From: an uncultured Bacteroidaceae bacterium
GTDB taxonomy: Bacteria; Bacteroidota; Bacteroidia; Bacteroidales; SM23-62
Direction of reading: 5' to 3'
NCBI GenBank assembly: GCA_964406005.1
Contig: CAYOPZ010000005.1
Span: 5,370 to 69,369 of the forward strand
DNA length: 64,000 nucleotides
Numbering within the stretch: the first letter of the stretch is position 1; every line of letters starts with the position of its first letter. Below are positions 26,918-36,795 of the stretch, in pieces. Below the pieces are notes generated by a model, which was given only the letters and a program-made list of their open reading frames with translations, did no database searches and was not told where the DNA came from. A program made the position numbers and the translations under genes.

Positions 26918-27682
26918 ATGCTGCCAAACCAACGGAGAGAAAAGATCTTCGATCTGATCAGGGAAGACGGACATGCCAAGGTGCTTCAGCTGAGCAAGAT
27001 ATTCAAGGTAACTGAAGTTACGATCAGGCAGGACCTGGAAAAGCTTGAAAAGGACGGATACATCGTCAGGGAGCACGGCGGGGCATATCTTAAGGACGTG
27101 GGACTGAACGTAAAAAACATTACGCTTCAGAACCAGGACAATCTTCCGGAAAAAGAAGCGATCGCCAGGAAAGCGTTCGAGCTGATCAACGACGGTGATA
27201 CCATCATTCTCGATTCGGGATCCACGACGACCGAGATCGCAAAACTTATCAACGGCAGCTTCAGGAATCTCACGGTAATTACCAACGCACTGAACATAGC
27301 CCTGATCCTGGGGGCCAGTCCTGAAATAAGCCTCGTGGTTACAGGGGGAGAGTTCAAGGCCCCCACCCTTTCCCTTACAGGGGAGAAGGCGGCGGTTTTC
27401 TTCAGTGACCTGCATGTCGACAAGCTGTTCCTGGCCACAGCGGGCATTACCCTTAAATCGGGCCTGACCTATCCGAGCATCAGTGATATCTGCGTAAAAC
27501 AATCCATGATCGAATCTGCCGATGTCGTTTACCTGGTTGCCGATTCCAGCAAAATAGGCAAAAGTTCCTTTGCCAGCCTCGGAGCTTTGTCTCTCATAGA
27601 CTATATCATTACAGACCGGAAGATCAAAAAGGAAGATATCCGGATGCTGAAAAACAATGATATAAAACTGATTATTTCATAA
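26918..27682 (+). CDS. DeoR-family transcriptional regulator
   Basis: I prefer the start at MLPNQRREKIFDLIRE (26918) over 26885. HTH region (HAKVLQLSKIFKVTEVTIRQDLEKLEKDGYIVR) plus a DeoR C-terminal sugar-phosphate-binding domain (IILDSGSTTTEIAKLI). Confidence 0.9.
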   Translation: MLPNQRREKIFDLIREDGHAKVLQLSKIFKVTEVTIRQDLEKLEKDGYIVREHGGAYLKDVGLNVKNITLQNQDNLPEKEAIARKAFELINDGDTIILDSGSTTTEIAKLINGSFRNLTVITNALNIALILGASPEISLVVTGGEFKAPTLSLTGEKAAVFFSDLHVDKLFLATAGITLKSGLTYPSISDICVKQSMIESADVVYLVADSSKIGKSSFASLGALSLIDYIITDRKIKKEDIRMLKNNDIKLIIS

Positions 27683-27733
27683 CGGATGACATCCTGACCG
27701 GAAATACCAACTTCTGCAATACAGGAATGGTAT

Positions 27734-27793
27734 TTTCGAATTATTTCTTTTATATTTATAAACGAAAATAAAAGAAAGTATTTTTCTTTCGAT
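27734..27793. repeat. Three TTTCG(A) motifs in the deoR / sugar-operon spacer
   Basis: TTTCGAA at 27734-27740, its inverse AACGAAAA at 27761-27768, and TTTCGAT at 27787-27793. The outer two are 53 bp apart, and the last ends 24 nt before ATG 27817. Confidence 0.25.
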
Positions 27794-27816
27794 TATAAAA
27801 AAATTTTTATCATCTT

Positions 27817-29313
27817 ATGCCTGACAAGGGAAAATACATCATTGCGATCGATCAGAGCACCTCGGCCACCAAGGTAATGCTGTTCGATCATCAGGCGCTT
27901 CTTAAAGATCGCTTAAGTTATCCGCACAAACAGCATTACCCCCGTACGGGTTTTGTTGAGCATGATCCGGAAGAGATCTTTAAAAATACGGTCAGGGGCA
28001 TCCGGGAAATCCTTGAGAATAGCGGGATCCGTCCTGCCGCGCTCTCCTGCCTGTCCATTACCAACCAGCGCGAAACGGCCATGATCTGGGAACGCAAGAC
28101 CGGAAAACCCCTGGGCAAAGCTGCAGTATGGCAATGCCAGCGGGGCGTGGAAATATGCCAGGACCTGAAGGAAAAAGGATACACAGACATGATCCGGGAT
28201 AAGACAGGTCTGATCATCGACCCATATTTTTCGGCGAGCAAACTGCTGTGGATCATGAACAATACTCCGGGAGCGAAAGAAAAATCCCGTAAGGGAGAGC
28301 TGCTGATGGGAACCATGGATACATGGCTGTTGTGGAAACTTACCTCCGGCAGGGTGCATGCCACGGATTATTCGAATGCATGCAGGACCATGCTTTTCAA
28401 TATTCACACCCTGGAATGGGATGAGGAGCTGATCGGTCTTTTTGATCTGCACCCCTCCATGTTCCCCGAGGTAAAATACAGCGACGAGGTTTTCGGGGAT
28501 GCCGGACCTTTTCTGGGTTTCGATTCCCCGCTTCCGGTATCGGGGCTTATCGGCGATTCGCATGGCGCCTTCTTCGGGCAGTATTGCTTTTCTCCCGGTA
28601 TGACCAAGGCCACTTTCGGAACGGGTTCGTCTATCATGATGAACATAGGTAAAAGACCTCAGGCCCCGCCCGGAGGCCTTGTTACTTCAATCGGCTTTAG
28701 CCGTGACAGATCGATCGACTACGTTTTTGAAGGCAATATACATTGTACGGGAGACACAATCAGCTGGCTTGTCAACGGGCTGCAGCTTATCGGTTCTCCG
28801 CAGGAATCCGAAGAGATTGCACGCTCGGTGAAAGACAGCGGGGGCGTTTACCTTGTGCCTGCTTTCGTCGGCCTGGGGGCACCGCACTGGGATCATGAAG
28901 CCCGCGCCTGCATATGCGGCATGGGCCGCGATGCCACAAGGGCACATGTTGTTCGTGCGGCCCTGGAAAGCATTGCATACCAGATAAAGGACCTGATCGA
29001 CCTTATGATCCAGAAATCCGGCATTGAGCTGCATGAACTGCGGGTTGACGGAGGGCCCACGCGCAACGAATTCCTGATGCAGTTCCAGGCCGATATATTG
29101 AGGAAACCTGTGGTTAGATCGGGAATTGAAGAGATATCGGCCCTCGGGTCGGCATTGTTATCGGGCCTGGCCACAGGCTTATGGAAAGACCTCGGTGAGA
29201 TAGAGAAGCTGAGGGTTGTGGACAGGACCTACAGCGGGAAAATGGAGGCATCCAGGATCGAAAGGCTTCACTCGGGATGGCAGCTTGCCATGAAACGCAC
29301 AAGATATAAATAA
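27817..29313 (+). CDS. FGGY-family carbohydrate kinase, glycerol-kinase-like
   Basis: 498 aa with close GlpK-like motifs (ITNQRETAMIWERKTGKP, DPYFSASKLLWIM, GTMDTWLLWKLTSGRVHATDYSNACRTMLFNIHTLEWDEEL). Confidence 0.88.
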   Translation: MPDKGKYIIAIDQSTSATKVMLFDHQALLKDRLSYPHKQHYPRTGFVEHDPEEIFKNTVRGIREILENSGIRPAALSCLSITNQRETAMIWERKTGKPLGKAAVWQCQRGVEICQDLKEKGYTDMIRDKTGLIIDPYFSASKLLWIMNNTPGAKEKSRKGELLMGTMDTWLLWKLTSGRVHATDYSNACRTMLFNIHTLEWDEELIGLFDLHPSMFPEVKYSDEVFGDAGPFLGFDSPLPVSGLIGDSHGAFFGQYCFSPGMTKATFGTGSSIMMNIGKRPQAPPGGLVTSIGFSRDRSIDYVFEGNIHCTGDTISWLVNGLQLIGSPQESEEIARSVKDSGGVYLVPAFVGLGAPHWDHEARACICGMGRDATRAHVVRAALESIAYQIKDLIDLMIQKSGIELHELRVDGGPTRNEFLMQFQADILRKPVVRSGIEEISALGSALLSGLATGLWKDLGEIEKLRVVDRTYSGKMEASRIERLHSGWQLAMKRTRYK

Positions 29314-29341
29314 GTATAAAACCAATCTAAACACGAATACC

Positions 29342-30766
29342 ATGGAAAACAAAAAACAGACATTCGGCGTGATCATCGCAACAAGGAATATATTCAATTT
29401 CCAGCTTGCCGTGGATGCGAGAAAAAAAGTTTTGAAAAAACTTGAGGATATGGGGTTTGGAACCGTTATCCTTCCTGAAAAAGAGACCCCCACCGGCAAT
29501 ATAGAAGGATATCCCGATGCGGTGAAGTGCGCGGAGTATTTCAGAAAGAACGCGGATATCATCGAGGGGATCATCGTTGTCCTGCCCAACTTCGGTGATG
29601 AGCTTGGCGTTGTGAATACCATCAGCCTGAGCGGGCTGGACGTTCCTGTAATGGTGCAGGCCTGTGATGACGACAATGACAAGGTGGATGTCAAAAGCCG
29701 CAGGGATGCATTCTGCGGAAAGATCTCGGTATGCAACAACTTATACCAGTACGGTATAAAATTCACGGATACGATATATCACACCTACAGCCTGGACAGC
29801 AATGAATTTACAGCGGACCTTCAGAAATTTGCAGGTATCTGCCGGGTGGTCAAGGGGTTGAAAGGCCTGAGAGTGGGAGCCATCGGTACCCGTCCCATAG
29901 GATTCCAGACCATGCGGGCAAGCGAAAAGCTGCTTCAGAAATCGGGAATTACGGTGGTTCCCGTTGACCTGTCGGAGATCATTGCAGCAGCAAATAAAAT
30001 AAAGGACGATGATCCGGCAGTTACAAAGAAGGTAAAGGCAATTCGTGAATACGGCGCCTGCGGCCCTGTGGCTGAGGGAAAAATATCCAGGCAGGCGAGG
30101 TTCGGCCTGGCCGTGGAGAACTGGATCGCTGCCAATGACATCAATATCTCCGCGCTGCAGTGCTGGGAGTCCATAGAAAAGAATTACGGGTGTGCCGCCT
30201 GCGTTACAATGAGCATGATGGGAGAAAAGCTTATGCCTTCGGCCTGTGAGGTGGACATTGCAGGCACCGTTTCCATGTATGCACTGGCCCTGGCTGCCCG
30301 GACCCCTTCTGCCATTCTTGACTGGAACAACAATTTCGCTGAAGACCGGAATAAGGTCGTTTGCACGCATTGCAGCAACTATCCGAAATCATTCTTCCAG
30401 AATGAAATAGAGATAGGCAGCCTGGATGTGCTGGGAACCGTACTGGGCAGCGAGGATACCTTCGGTGCGGTGAAAGGAAAAGTGTCGGCCGGGAAAATGA
30501 CTTATTTTAGGATGTCCACCGACGACCGGAAAGGACTGATAAGCTCTTACCTGGGTGAAGGCACGATCACTGACGATCCCTATGGAATGGACGGGGGGAT
30601 CGCCGTATGCCAGGTGAATGAACTGCAGAAACTGATGAAGTTCATCTGTAAGAACGGGTTTGAACACCATGTGGCCATGGTCCGCGGTCACGTGGCCGAT
30701 ATCCTGGATGAAGCCATAGGCAATTACCTTGGCTGGAAGCTCTATAACCATGACAGCCGGCAATAG
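29342..30766 (+). CDS. L-fucose/L-arabinose isomerase-family protein
   Basis: 474 aa. The layout is typical of ~470-aa FucI-family members (FGVIIATRNIF, VLPNFGDE, RRDAFCGKISVCNNL, ACEVDIAGTVSMYAL, FEHHVAMVRGH). Confidence 0.75.
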   Translation: MENKKQTFGVIIATRNIFNFQLAVDARKKVLKKLEDMGFGTVILPEKETPTGNIEGYPDAVKCAEYFRKNADIIEGIIVVLPNFGDELGVVNTISLSGLDVPVMVQACDDDNDKVDVKSRRDAFCGKISVCNNLYQYGIKFTDTIYHTYSLDSNEFTADLQKFAGICRVVKGLKGLRVGAIGTRPIGFQTMRASEKLLQKSGITVVPVDLSEIIAAANKIKDDDPAVTKKVKAIREYGACGPVAEGKISRQARFGLAVENWIAANDINISALQCWESIEKNYGCAACVTMSMMGEKLMPSACEVDIAGTVSMYALALAARTPSAILDWNNNFAEDRNKVVCTHCSNYPKSFFQNEIEIGSLDVLGTVLGSEDTFGAVKGKVSAGKMTYFRMSTDDRKGLISSYLGEGTITDDPYGMDGGIAVCQVNELQKLMKFICKNGFEHHVAMVRGHVADILDEAIGNYLGWKLYNHDSRQ

Positions 30767-30822
30767 AATACCCGGAAGCCAGGCATAGCATAGCATATCA
30801 CTTAAACCCTTAAATAAATACT

Positions 30823-31839
30823 ATGACACTTGTACACAATTACGGACTGGCAATATTTTTCTTTGCCGTTACGATGATCTGCTGGGGATCATGGGCCAAT
30901 ACCCAGAAACTTGCCGCCAAAAACTGGCGTTTCGAGCTTTTTTACTGGGACCTGACACTGGGGCTGCTCCTTACGGCCACACTTGCAGCATTTACCGTCG
31001 GTAGCATGGGTGCCGAGGGCCGTACCTTCCTGCAGGATCTGGCGCAGGCCGATGTTTCGAGCATAGCCAATGCCATGCTGGGCGGCATTGTATGGAACCT
31101 TGGAAACATCCTGCTTGTTGCGGCCATAGCCGTGGCGGGGATGTCTGTGGGCTTCCCCATCGGAGGGGGCATTGCCTGGATACTGGGGATCGTGTTCAAC
31201 TTCATCCTGATACTGATTGACAAGGGCTCCCCCGAAGGCAATGTAGTATTGCTCTGGGCAGGCGTGGCCGTGATCATGGCCGCCATTTACCTGAGCATGC
31301 TTTCCTATAAGCGCTTATCGCAGGAACAGAAAAAACCTTCTGCCAAGGGGATCCTGCTTTCCGTGGCTGCCGGGGTACTGATCGCATTCTTCTACGGTTT
31401 GGTCGTAAAATCCCTTGACAATGCATTCCTATCCGGCGGTGCCGGCACCCTGACACCTTTCACGGGAGTATTTTTCTTCGCCGTAGGCGTGGCGGTGAGC
31501 ACACCTGTGTTCAATCCCTTCTTCATGCGTTTCCCTGTCCAGGGAGAGAGGGTAAGGATGAAGGAATATTTCAAGGGCAGCTTTATGACCCATTCCACGG
31601 GGATCGTCGGCGGATTTATCTGGATGGTGGGAATGGTGGTGAGCTTTATGTCGGCGGGAGCGGCAAATCCGGCCATATCATATGCCCTGAGCAATGCCGC
31701 CCCTGTAGTTGCGATCTTGTGGGGAGTGTTCATTTGGAAGGAGTTCAAGGGTGCGCCGAAAGGTACGAACACATTGCTGGCAACCATGTTCGTGTTCTTT
31801 CTGATCGGCCTGGTATTGATCACGATGTCCAATTCATAG
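30823..31839 (+). CDS. Sugar permease, DMT superfamily (GRP / RhaT-like)
   Basis: 338 aa, about 10 predicted TM helices. The N-terminus AIFFFAVTMICWGSWANTQKLAAKNWRFELFYWD is typical of GRP-family sugar transporters. Confidence 0.75.
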   Translation: MTLVHNYGLAIFFFAVTMICWGSWANTQKLAAKNWRFELFYWDLTLGLLLTATLAAFTVGSMGAEGRTFLQDLAQADVSSIANAMLGGIVWNLGNILLVAAIAVAGMSVGFPIGGGIAWILGIVFNFILILIDKGSPEGNVVLLWAGVAVIMAAIYLSMLSYKRLSQEQKKPSAKGILLSVAAGVLIAFFYGLVVKSLDNAFLSGGAGTLTPFTGVFFFAVGVAVSTPVFNPFFMRFPVQGERVRMKEYFKGSFMTHSTGIVGGFIWMVGMVVSFMSAGAANPAISYALSNAAPVVAILWGVFIWKEFKGAPKGTNTLLATMFVFFLIGLVLITMSNS

Positions 31840-31846
31840 GCTGGGA

Positions 31847-32683
31847 ATGTCCGATCTGAAACAGCTTGAGAAAGAAGCGGTTGAAATCAGAAAACGTACG
31901 CTCGGGATCATTTTCGGTGCTTCCGGAGGCCATACGGGGGGATCGCTTTCATCGATAGACATACTGACGGCACTTTATTTTCATGTGCTGAGGATAGATC
32001 CCCTTCACCCGGATGAGCCTGACAGGGACCGTTTTATAATGAGCAAAGGCCATTCGGTGGAAGGCTATTACTGTGTGCTGGCACGAAGGGGATTCATACC
32101 CGATAACCTGCTGGATACTTACGGAAAATTCGATTCACTCCTTACGGGCCATCCTACCCGGAAGGTGCCCGGGGTCGAGCTCAACTCGGGTGCCCTGGGG
32201 CATGGCCTTTCCGTAGGGGCGGGAATGGCGCTGGCCGCAAAAAGACAAAACAGGAAGTTCAGGACCTTCGTGCTCATGGGAGACGGCGAACACGATGAGG
32301 GATCTGTCATGGAAGCGGCAGCGACGGCCGGGCACTACCGGCTCGATAACCTGACCGCTGTCATTGACCGTAACAGGCTTCAGATCAGCGGTCCTACTGA
32401 AGAAGTGATGTCCATAGAGGATCTGGATAAGAAATATGAAGCCTGCGGATGGAAGGTCCTCAGGGTCGACGGTCATGACATCAGGGAGCTTGTACGGGTG
32501 TTTACTCACCTGCCTGCCCTCAGCGGGAAGCCCACCCTTGTGATCGCCCGCACCGTGAAGGGCAAAGGGGTATCATTCATGGAGAACCGGGCCGGCTGGC
32601 ACCATAAAGTGCCCACCCGGGAACAACTGCAGCAGGCCATCAGTGAACTGGATAAAAGGAAAAAGGAGATAGAGCATGGATGA
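31847..32683 (+). CDS. Transketolase, N-terminal (TPP-binding) subunit
   Basis: 278 aa (GGHTGGSLSSIDIL, RDRFIMSKGH, LMGDGEHDEGSVMEAA). Confidence 0.92.
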   Translation: MSDLKQLEKEAVEIRKRTLGIIFGASGGHTGGSLSSIDILTALYFHVLRIDPLHPDEPDRDRFIMSKGHSVEGYYCVLARRGFIPDNLLDTYGKFDSLLTGHPTRKVPGVELNSGALGHGLSVGAGMALAAKRQNRKFRTFVLMGDGEHDEGSVMEAAATAGHYRLDNLTAVIDRNRLQISGPTEEVMSIEDLDKKYEACGWKVLRVDGHDIRELVRVFTHLPALSGKPTLVIARTVKGKGVSFMENRAGWHHKVPTREQLQQAISELDKRKKEIEHG

Positions 32684-33611
32684 CAAATCCCTGCCCTGCC
32701 GCAGGGCATTTACAAATACCATTCTGGAGGAAGCGAAAAGGGATAAAAGAGTTTTCGTGGTTACCACAGATGCCAGGGGCAGCGTGACCCTGGGTGATTT
32801 TGCCGAAACGCTGCCGGGGCAATTCGTGGAGGTTGGCATCGCAGAGCAGTGTGCCGTCGGGCTGGCCGCCGGAATGGCCCTGACGGGCAATAATGTATTT
32901 GTCTGCGGTCCGGCATGCTTCTATTCTGCACGGAGCCTGGAGCAGATCAAGGTGGATGTGGCCTATACCCATGCAAACGTAAAAATAATAGGGGTAAGCG
33001 GCGGAGTGAGCTACGGCGCTCTGGGCGCATCACACCACAGCCTGCATGACATCGCGGTAATGAGAACATTTCCGGGCCTGCAGGTATATCTGCCGGCAGA
33101 CCGCTTCCAGACCCGGTGGCTGACACGGTTCCTGGTGCAGTCCCCCGAGCCGGCATACGTGAGGATGGGAAGAAATGCAGTACCGGACGTCTATACCCGG
33201 AACGATACCTTCACAGCAGGAAAAGCCAACCTGCTGAACCAGGGTAGGGATGTAGCCATCATTGCATGCGGCGAAACCGTATACCATGCCCTTGAAGCCG
33301 CCAAAATGCTTAAAAGGGAGGGCATACAGGCAAGCGTTACGGACATGCATACCCTGAAACCCCTTGACGGGGACGCAATACTGGAAGCTGCAAGGAATAC
33401 AGGGCACATCGTCACGGTTGAAGAGCACAGCATCTTCGGCGGGTTGGGATCGGCGGTCGCGGAAACCGTATCCCGGCACCATCCGGTAAAAATGAAGATA
33501 CTCGGAATTCCCGATGAGAATGTGATCAATGCAAAACCACTGGAGATATTCTCACACTACGGGCTGACGGCAGATCATATCAGCGCTGCGTCAAGAGAGC
33601 TCCTCGGATAG
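32676..33611 (+). CDS. Transketolase, C-terminal (pyrimidine-binding) subunit
   Basis: 311 aa (FVEVGIAEQCAVGLAAGMALTG, SHHSLHDIAVMRTFPG). Overlaps the upstream subunit by 8 nt. Confidence 0.92.
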   Translation: MDDKSLPCRRAFTNTILEEAKRDKRVFVVTTDARGSVTLGDFAETLPGQFVEVGIAEQCAVGLAAGMALTGNNVFVCGPACFYSARSLEQIKVDVAYTHANVKIIGVSGGVSYGALGASHHSLHDIAVMRTFPGLQVYLPADRFQTRWLTRFLVQSPEPAYVRMGRNAVPDVYTRNDTFTAGKANLLNQGRDVAIIACGETVYHALEAAKMLKREGIQASVTDMHTLKPLDGDAILEAARNTGHIVTVEEHSIFGGLGSAVAETVSRHHPVKMKILGIPDENVINAKPLEIFSHYGLTADHISAASRELLG

Positions 33612-33918
33612 AGTATTCCGGACGATCCCGGGCACCGGGCGACAGCCGGCCTGCGGTACTTTTCAGGCAAACGGGAAGCAGCTGATGCACAAATCCATTT
33701 TTCACCGGTTTTCGCCTGCAGAGGGCAATATCCCGTATGGATGTGCATCGTAATCGACGGCATCGTCATAGGGGATCATAATGTACTCAAAGTCCCGGCG
33801 ACCGGGATTATAGCCTGATTCCCTTTTTACCACCGCGAACGTAAAATAAAAGTTCAAAATAAAGATATAAAGATACAAATTACTTAATTTTACCGTTTCA
33901 ACTTAAAATGATAGCGGA

Positions 33919-34566
33919 ATGAGCAGAAAAACAGGAATCATCGGATCAGGAATCGTTGCCCGGACACTGGGTGAAGGATTCCTCAGACACGGGTACCAGG
34001 TCATGCTGGGTACCCGGGATACCTCAAAATTGACCGGATGGCAGGCAGGCGAAGGCAAAGGCGCACAGGCCGGCTCCTTTGCCGAAGCGGCCCGTTTCGG
34101 AGACATTATTGTGCTGGCGGTCCGGGGAAAGGCGGCGCAAGATGCGCTGGAAATGGCGGGCAGCGAACACCTGGCCGGCAAAACCATCCTTGACGCCACC
34201 AACCCCATTGCAGATTCCCCGCCGGAAAACGGTGTGCTGAGGTTTTTCACCGGACCCGACGACTCGCTGATGGAGCGATTGCAGAGGGCTTTCCCGGAAG
34301 CTCATTTCGTGAAGGCCTTCAACAGCGTGGGCAGCGCACTCATGGTAAACCCGAAATTCGAAAGCGCCCCCACCATGTTCATATGCGGCAACGATGAAGG
34401 CGCCAGGGCGGCAGCCGGGGAGATACTTGCCGGGTTCGGATGGGAGACGGCCGACATGGGAGGCGCCGAGGCCGCGCGCGCCATCGAGCCCCTGTGCATA
34501 CTGTGGTGCATTCCCGGTTTGCTGAAAAACGAGTGGACGCACGCATTCAAGATGCTGAAGCATTAG
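33919..34566 (+). CDS. NADP oxidoreductase, F420-dependent NADP reductase (NpdG)-like family
   Basis: 215 aa (GIIGSGIVARTLGEGFLRHGYQVMLGTR, VKAFNSVG). Confidence 0.7.
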   Translation: MSRKTGIIGSGIVARTLGEGFLRHGYQVMLGTRDTSKLTGWQAGEGKGAQAGSFAEAARFGDIIVLAVRGKAAQDALEMAGSEHLAGKTILDATNPIADSPPENGVLRFFTGPDDSLMERLQRAFPEAHFVKAFNSVGSALMVNPKFESAPTMFICGNDEGARAAAGEILAGFGWETADMGGAEAARAIEPLCILWCIPGLLKNEWTHAFKMLKH

Positions 34567-35993
34567 CCTGCCAGTAAAAGCCAGATCTGGGTTGTAAGGA
34601 AACAGACGATCAGGCCCAGCACAACCGGCAGGAAGGTCGAGACCAATGTCCATTTTGCGCTTCCGGTCTCCCTGAAAATCGTATAGATGGTGGTCGAGCA
34701 GGGATTATGGAGAAGGCTGAACAACATCAGGTTGATGGCTGTCAGAAGGGTCCAGCCGCCCGCATGCAGGATGTCTGCGGTTCCGGCAGCGGAATCCGTC
34801 TCGAACATTACCCCGGCGCCCCCTCCCACCCCGCTCAGGCCTGCAGTGAGCACTGTCAGCATCAGCACCGTGGGGATCACGATCTCGTTTGCCGGTATGG
34901 CAATGATGTAGGCAAGGAATATCACCCCGTTGAGGCCGAATACAAGCGCGACGGGATCGGCCCAGCGGATGAAATGCCCGGCCAGGCTGAGGTCACCGAC
35001 ATCTATGTTGGCGACCAGCCAGATCACGATCCCGGCGGGCAGGGCGAATATCAGGGCCCTCCACAGTACAAAAATGGTCCTGTCTATCAAGGAAGTATAC
35101 AAAGTCTGCAGGAGGCGCGGCGGGCGGTAAGGCGGCAATTCCAAGCTGAAAGCGGAGGCCTCCCCGCGCAGAACGGACCTGCTCAGCCCCCATGAAACGA
35201 CCAGGCTGAACATGATCCCGATCAGGGCAACGGTCACCACGGCTCCGGCTGAGACCAAACCTGCCAGTTGGGCAGGGACAAGCCCCCCTATGAAGATCGT
35301 GGCAATAAGGATCTGGGTGGGCCAGCGGCCGTTGCAGAGCGAAAAGTTGTTTGTGATGATGGCTATCAGGCGTTCGCGCGGACTGTCGATCACCCTTGCG
35401 GCGATCACCCCGGCGGCATTGCAGCCGAAGCCCATGCTGAGCGTAAGCGCCTGTTTCCCGTGCGCTCCCGCTTTCCGGAACAGGCTGTCCATGTTAAAGG
35501 CCACCCTGGGCAGGTAGCCCAGGTCTTCCAGCAGGGTAAAGATCGGGAAAAATATGGCCATGGGGGGCAGCATGACCGAGACCACCCAGGCCATTGAAAG
35601 GTAGGCCCCGTCAATGAGAACCCCGTCGAGCCACCAGGGCATTCCGATAGAAGCCGCCAGGTGTTTCAGGGCCGGATGTATGGTGTCTATCAGAAGCGAG
35701 GCCAGAAGGCCCGAAGGATAATTCGCTCCCGCTACGGTTACCCAGAAAACCAGCGCCAGCAACAGGAACATGATGGGAAAGCCCAGCCACCGGCTTGTCA
35801 CGATCCTGTCTATCTTCAGGTCCGGGTTGGCATGATCTTTCCCCTCTGCCTGAACGGTCTTCCGGGCGATCCTCGATGCATCTTCGTAGATGGTCTCAAC
35901 GACGGTGTCATGCAGATCTATCCCCAGGTCCCAGCGCATGGTATTGGCCATGGACAGGATGTCTTCTGAGTATTTGCCTGTTTCCTTTTCCAT
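34563..35993 (-). CDS. feoB: FeoB membrane (nucleoside-recognition/gate) portion as a separate ORF
   Basis: The ORF track begins at a GTG (36032). The first ATG is 35993 (MEKETGKYSEDIL). The product is polytopic with FeoB motifs (KIDRIVTSRWLGFPIMF, GFGCNAAGV, LCNGRWP). Confidence 0.85.
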   Translation of the reverse strand: MEKETGKYSEDILSMANTMRWDLGIDLHDTVVETIYEDASRIARKTVQAEGKDHANPDLKIDRIVTSRWLGFPIMFLLLALVFWVTVAGANYPSGLLASLLIDTIHPALKHLAASIGMPWWLDGVLIDGAYLSMAWVVSVMLPPMAIFFPIFTLLEDLGYLPRVAFNMDSLFRKAGAHGKQALTLSMGFGCNAAGVIAARVIDSPRERLIAIITNNFSLCNGRWPTQILIATIFIGGLVPAQLAGLVSAGAVVTVALIGIMFSLVVSWGLSRSVLRGEASAFSLELPPYRPPRLLQTLYTSLIDRTIFVLWRALIFALPAGIVIWLVANIDVGDLSLAGHFIRWADPVALVFGLNGVIFLAYIIAIPANEIVIPTVLMLTVLTAGLSGVGGGAGVMFETDSAAGTADILHAGGWTLLTAINLMLFSLLHNPCSTTIYTIFRETGSAKWTLVSTFLPVVLGLIVCFLTTQIWLLLAG

Positions 35994-36003
35994 GATTCCC
36001 GGT

Positions 36004-36795
36004 TTACGCCCCGGCAGGAACGATGTCCGCACTTAACCGCCCCAGGTCTCCCGAGCGGACGGCTTCCATGATCTTCTGGTCGCCTTCCAGCAACCGCAGG
36101 GCCACCCAGTTCAGGTTCGGCAGGCCGGGAAACTGTCCGGCCAGCTTGTCCGCCAGGGCGGAAACGGCATGATTCAGTTTGGCCGAACGGCTCCTGATCC
36201 GGTGGGGCCTGCATACGAACCTGCCGCCGGCCACTTCCTCAATGCCGGAAAGGAGTTCGGTCATGCCTTCTTTTTTACGGGCTGCCGTTTCAATTACCGG
36301 GATGCCCAGCTCTTTCGACAGGGTCCTGCTGTCAATCCCGATATGATTGCGCCGCGCTTCATCCATCAGGTTCAGGCAAAGAACGGCACGGTCGGTAATT
36401 TCAAGGATCTGCAGCACCAGGTTGAGATTGCGTTCGAGGCGGGTGGCATCGCTTACGATCACCGTTACATCGGGACGGCCGAAAAGGATAAAATCCCTGG
36501 CCACTTCTTCATCCTTACTGGTGGAAAGCAAGGAGTAGGTGCCCGGCAGGTCTACCAGTCTGTAACGTTTCCCGCCATACGAGAACCCGCCTTCGGCCCT
36601 GGCGACCGTCTTTCCCGGCCAGTTTCCGGTATGCTGCCGCAGGCCGGTGAGGTTATTGAAAACCGTGCTTTTCCCGGTATTGGGATTCCCGGCCAGGGCT
36701 ACCACATAATCGACCCGGTCCATGGAAATGCCCAGCCGTATGAGGTTTTCCGTATGGTGCACCGGGCAATTTTCACAATTATGCTGACTATTCAT
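36004..36795 (-). CDS. feoB: FeoB G-domain + helical (GDI-like) portion as a separate ORF, with Cys/His-rich N-terminus
   Basis: I prefer the start at [14 protein letters not shown] (36795), which overlaps the upstream stop by 8 nt. GTPase motifs are [27 protein letters not shown] and CLNLMD. It ends at a TAA 10 nt before the ATG of the membrane ORF, in a different frame. Confidence 0.85.
   Translation of the reverse strand: MNSQHNCENCPVHHTENLIRLGISMDRVDYVVALAGNPNTGKSTVFNNLTGLRQHTGNWPGKTVARAEGGFSYGGKRYRLVDLPGTYSLLSTSKDEEVARDFILFGRPDVTVIVSDATRLERNLNLVLQILEITDRAVLCLNLMDEARRNHIGIDSRTLSKELGIPVIETAARKKEGMTELLSGIEEVAGGRFVCRPHRIRSRSAKLNHAVSALADKLAGQFPGLPNLNWVALRLLEGDQKIMEAVRSGDLGRLSADIVPAGA

Noticed and set aside
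33612-33918. 307-bp spacer with a 64-aa - strand ORF (33575..33769) and a protein-like - strand frame (...GYNPGRRDFEYIMIPYDDAVDYDAHPYGI...)
   Set aside because: The 64-aa ORF overlaps the transketolase 3' end and looks random. The other frame has no usable start codon and its upstream part is merely translated AT-rich promoter DNA. At most it is an unverifiable gene remnant.
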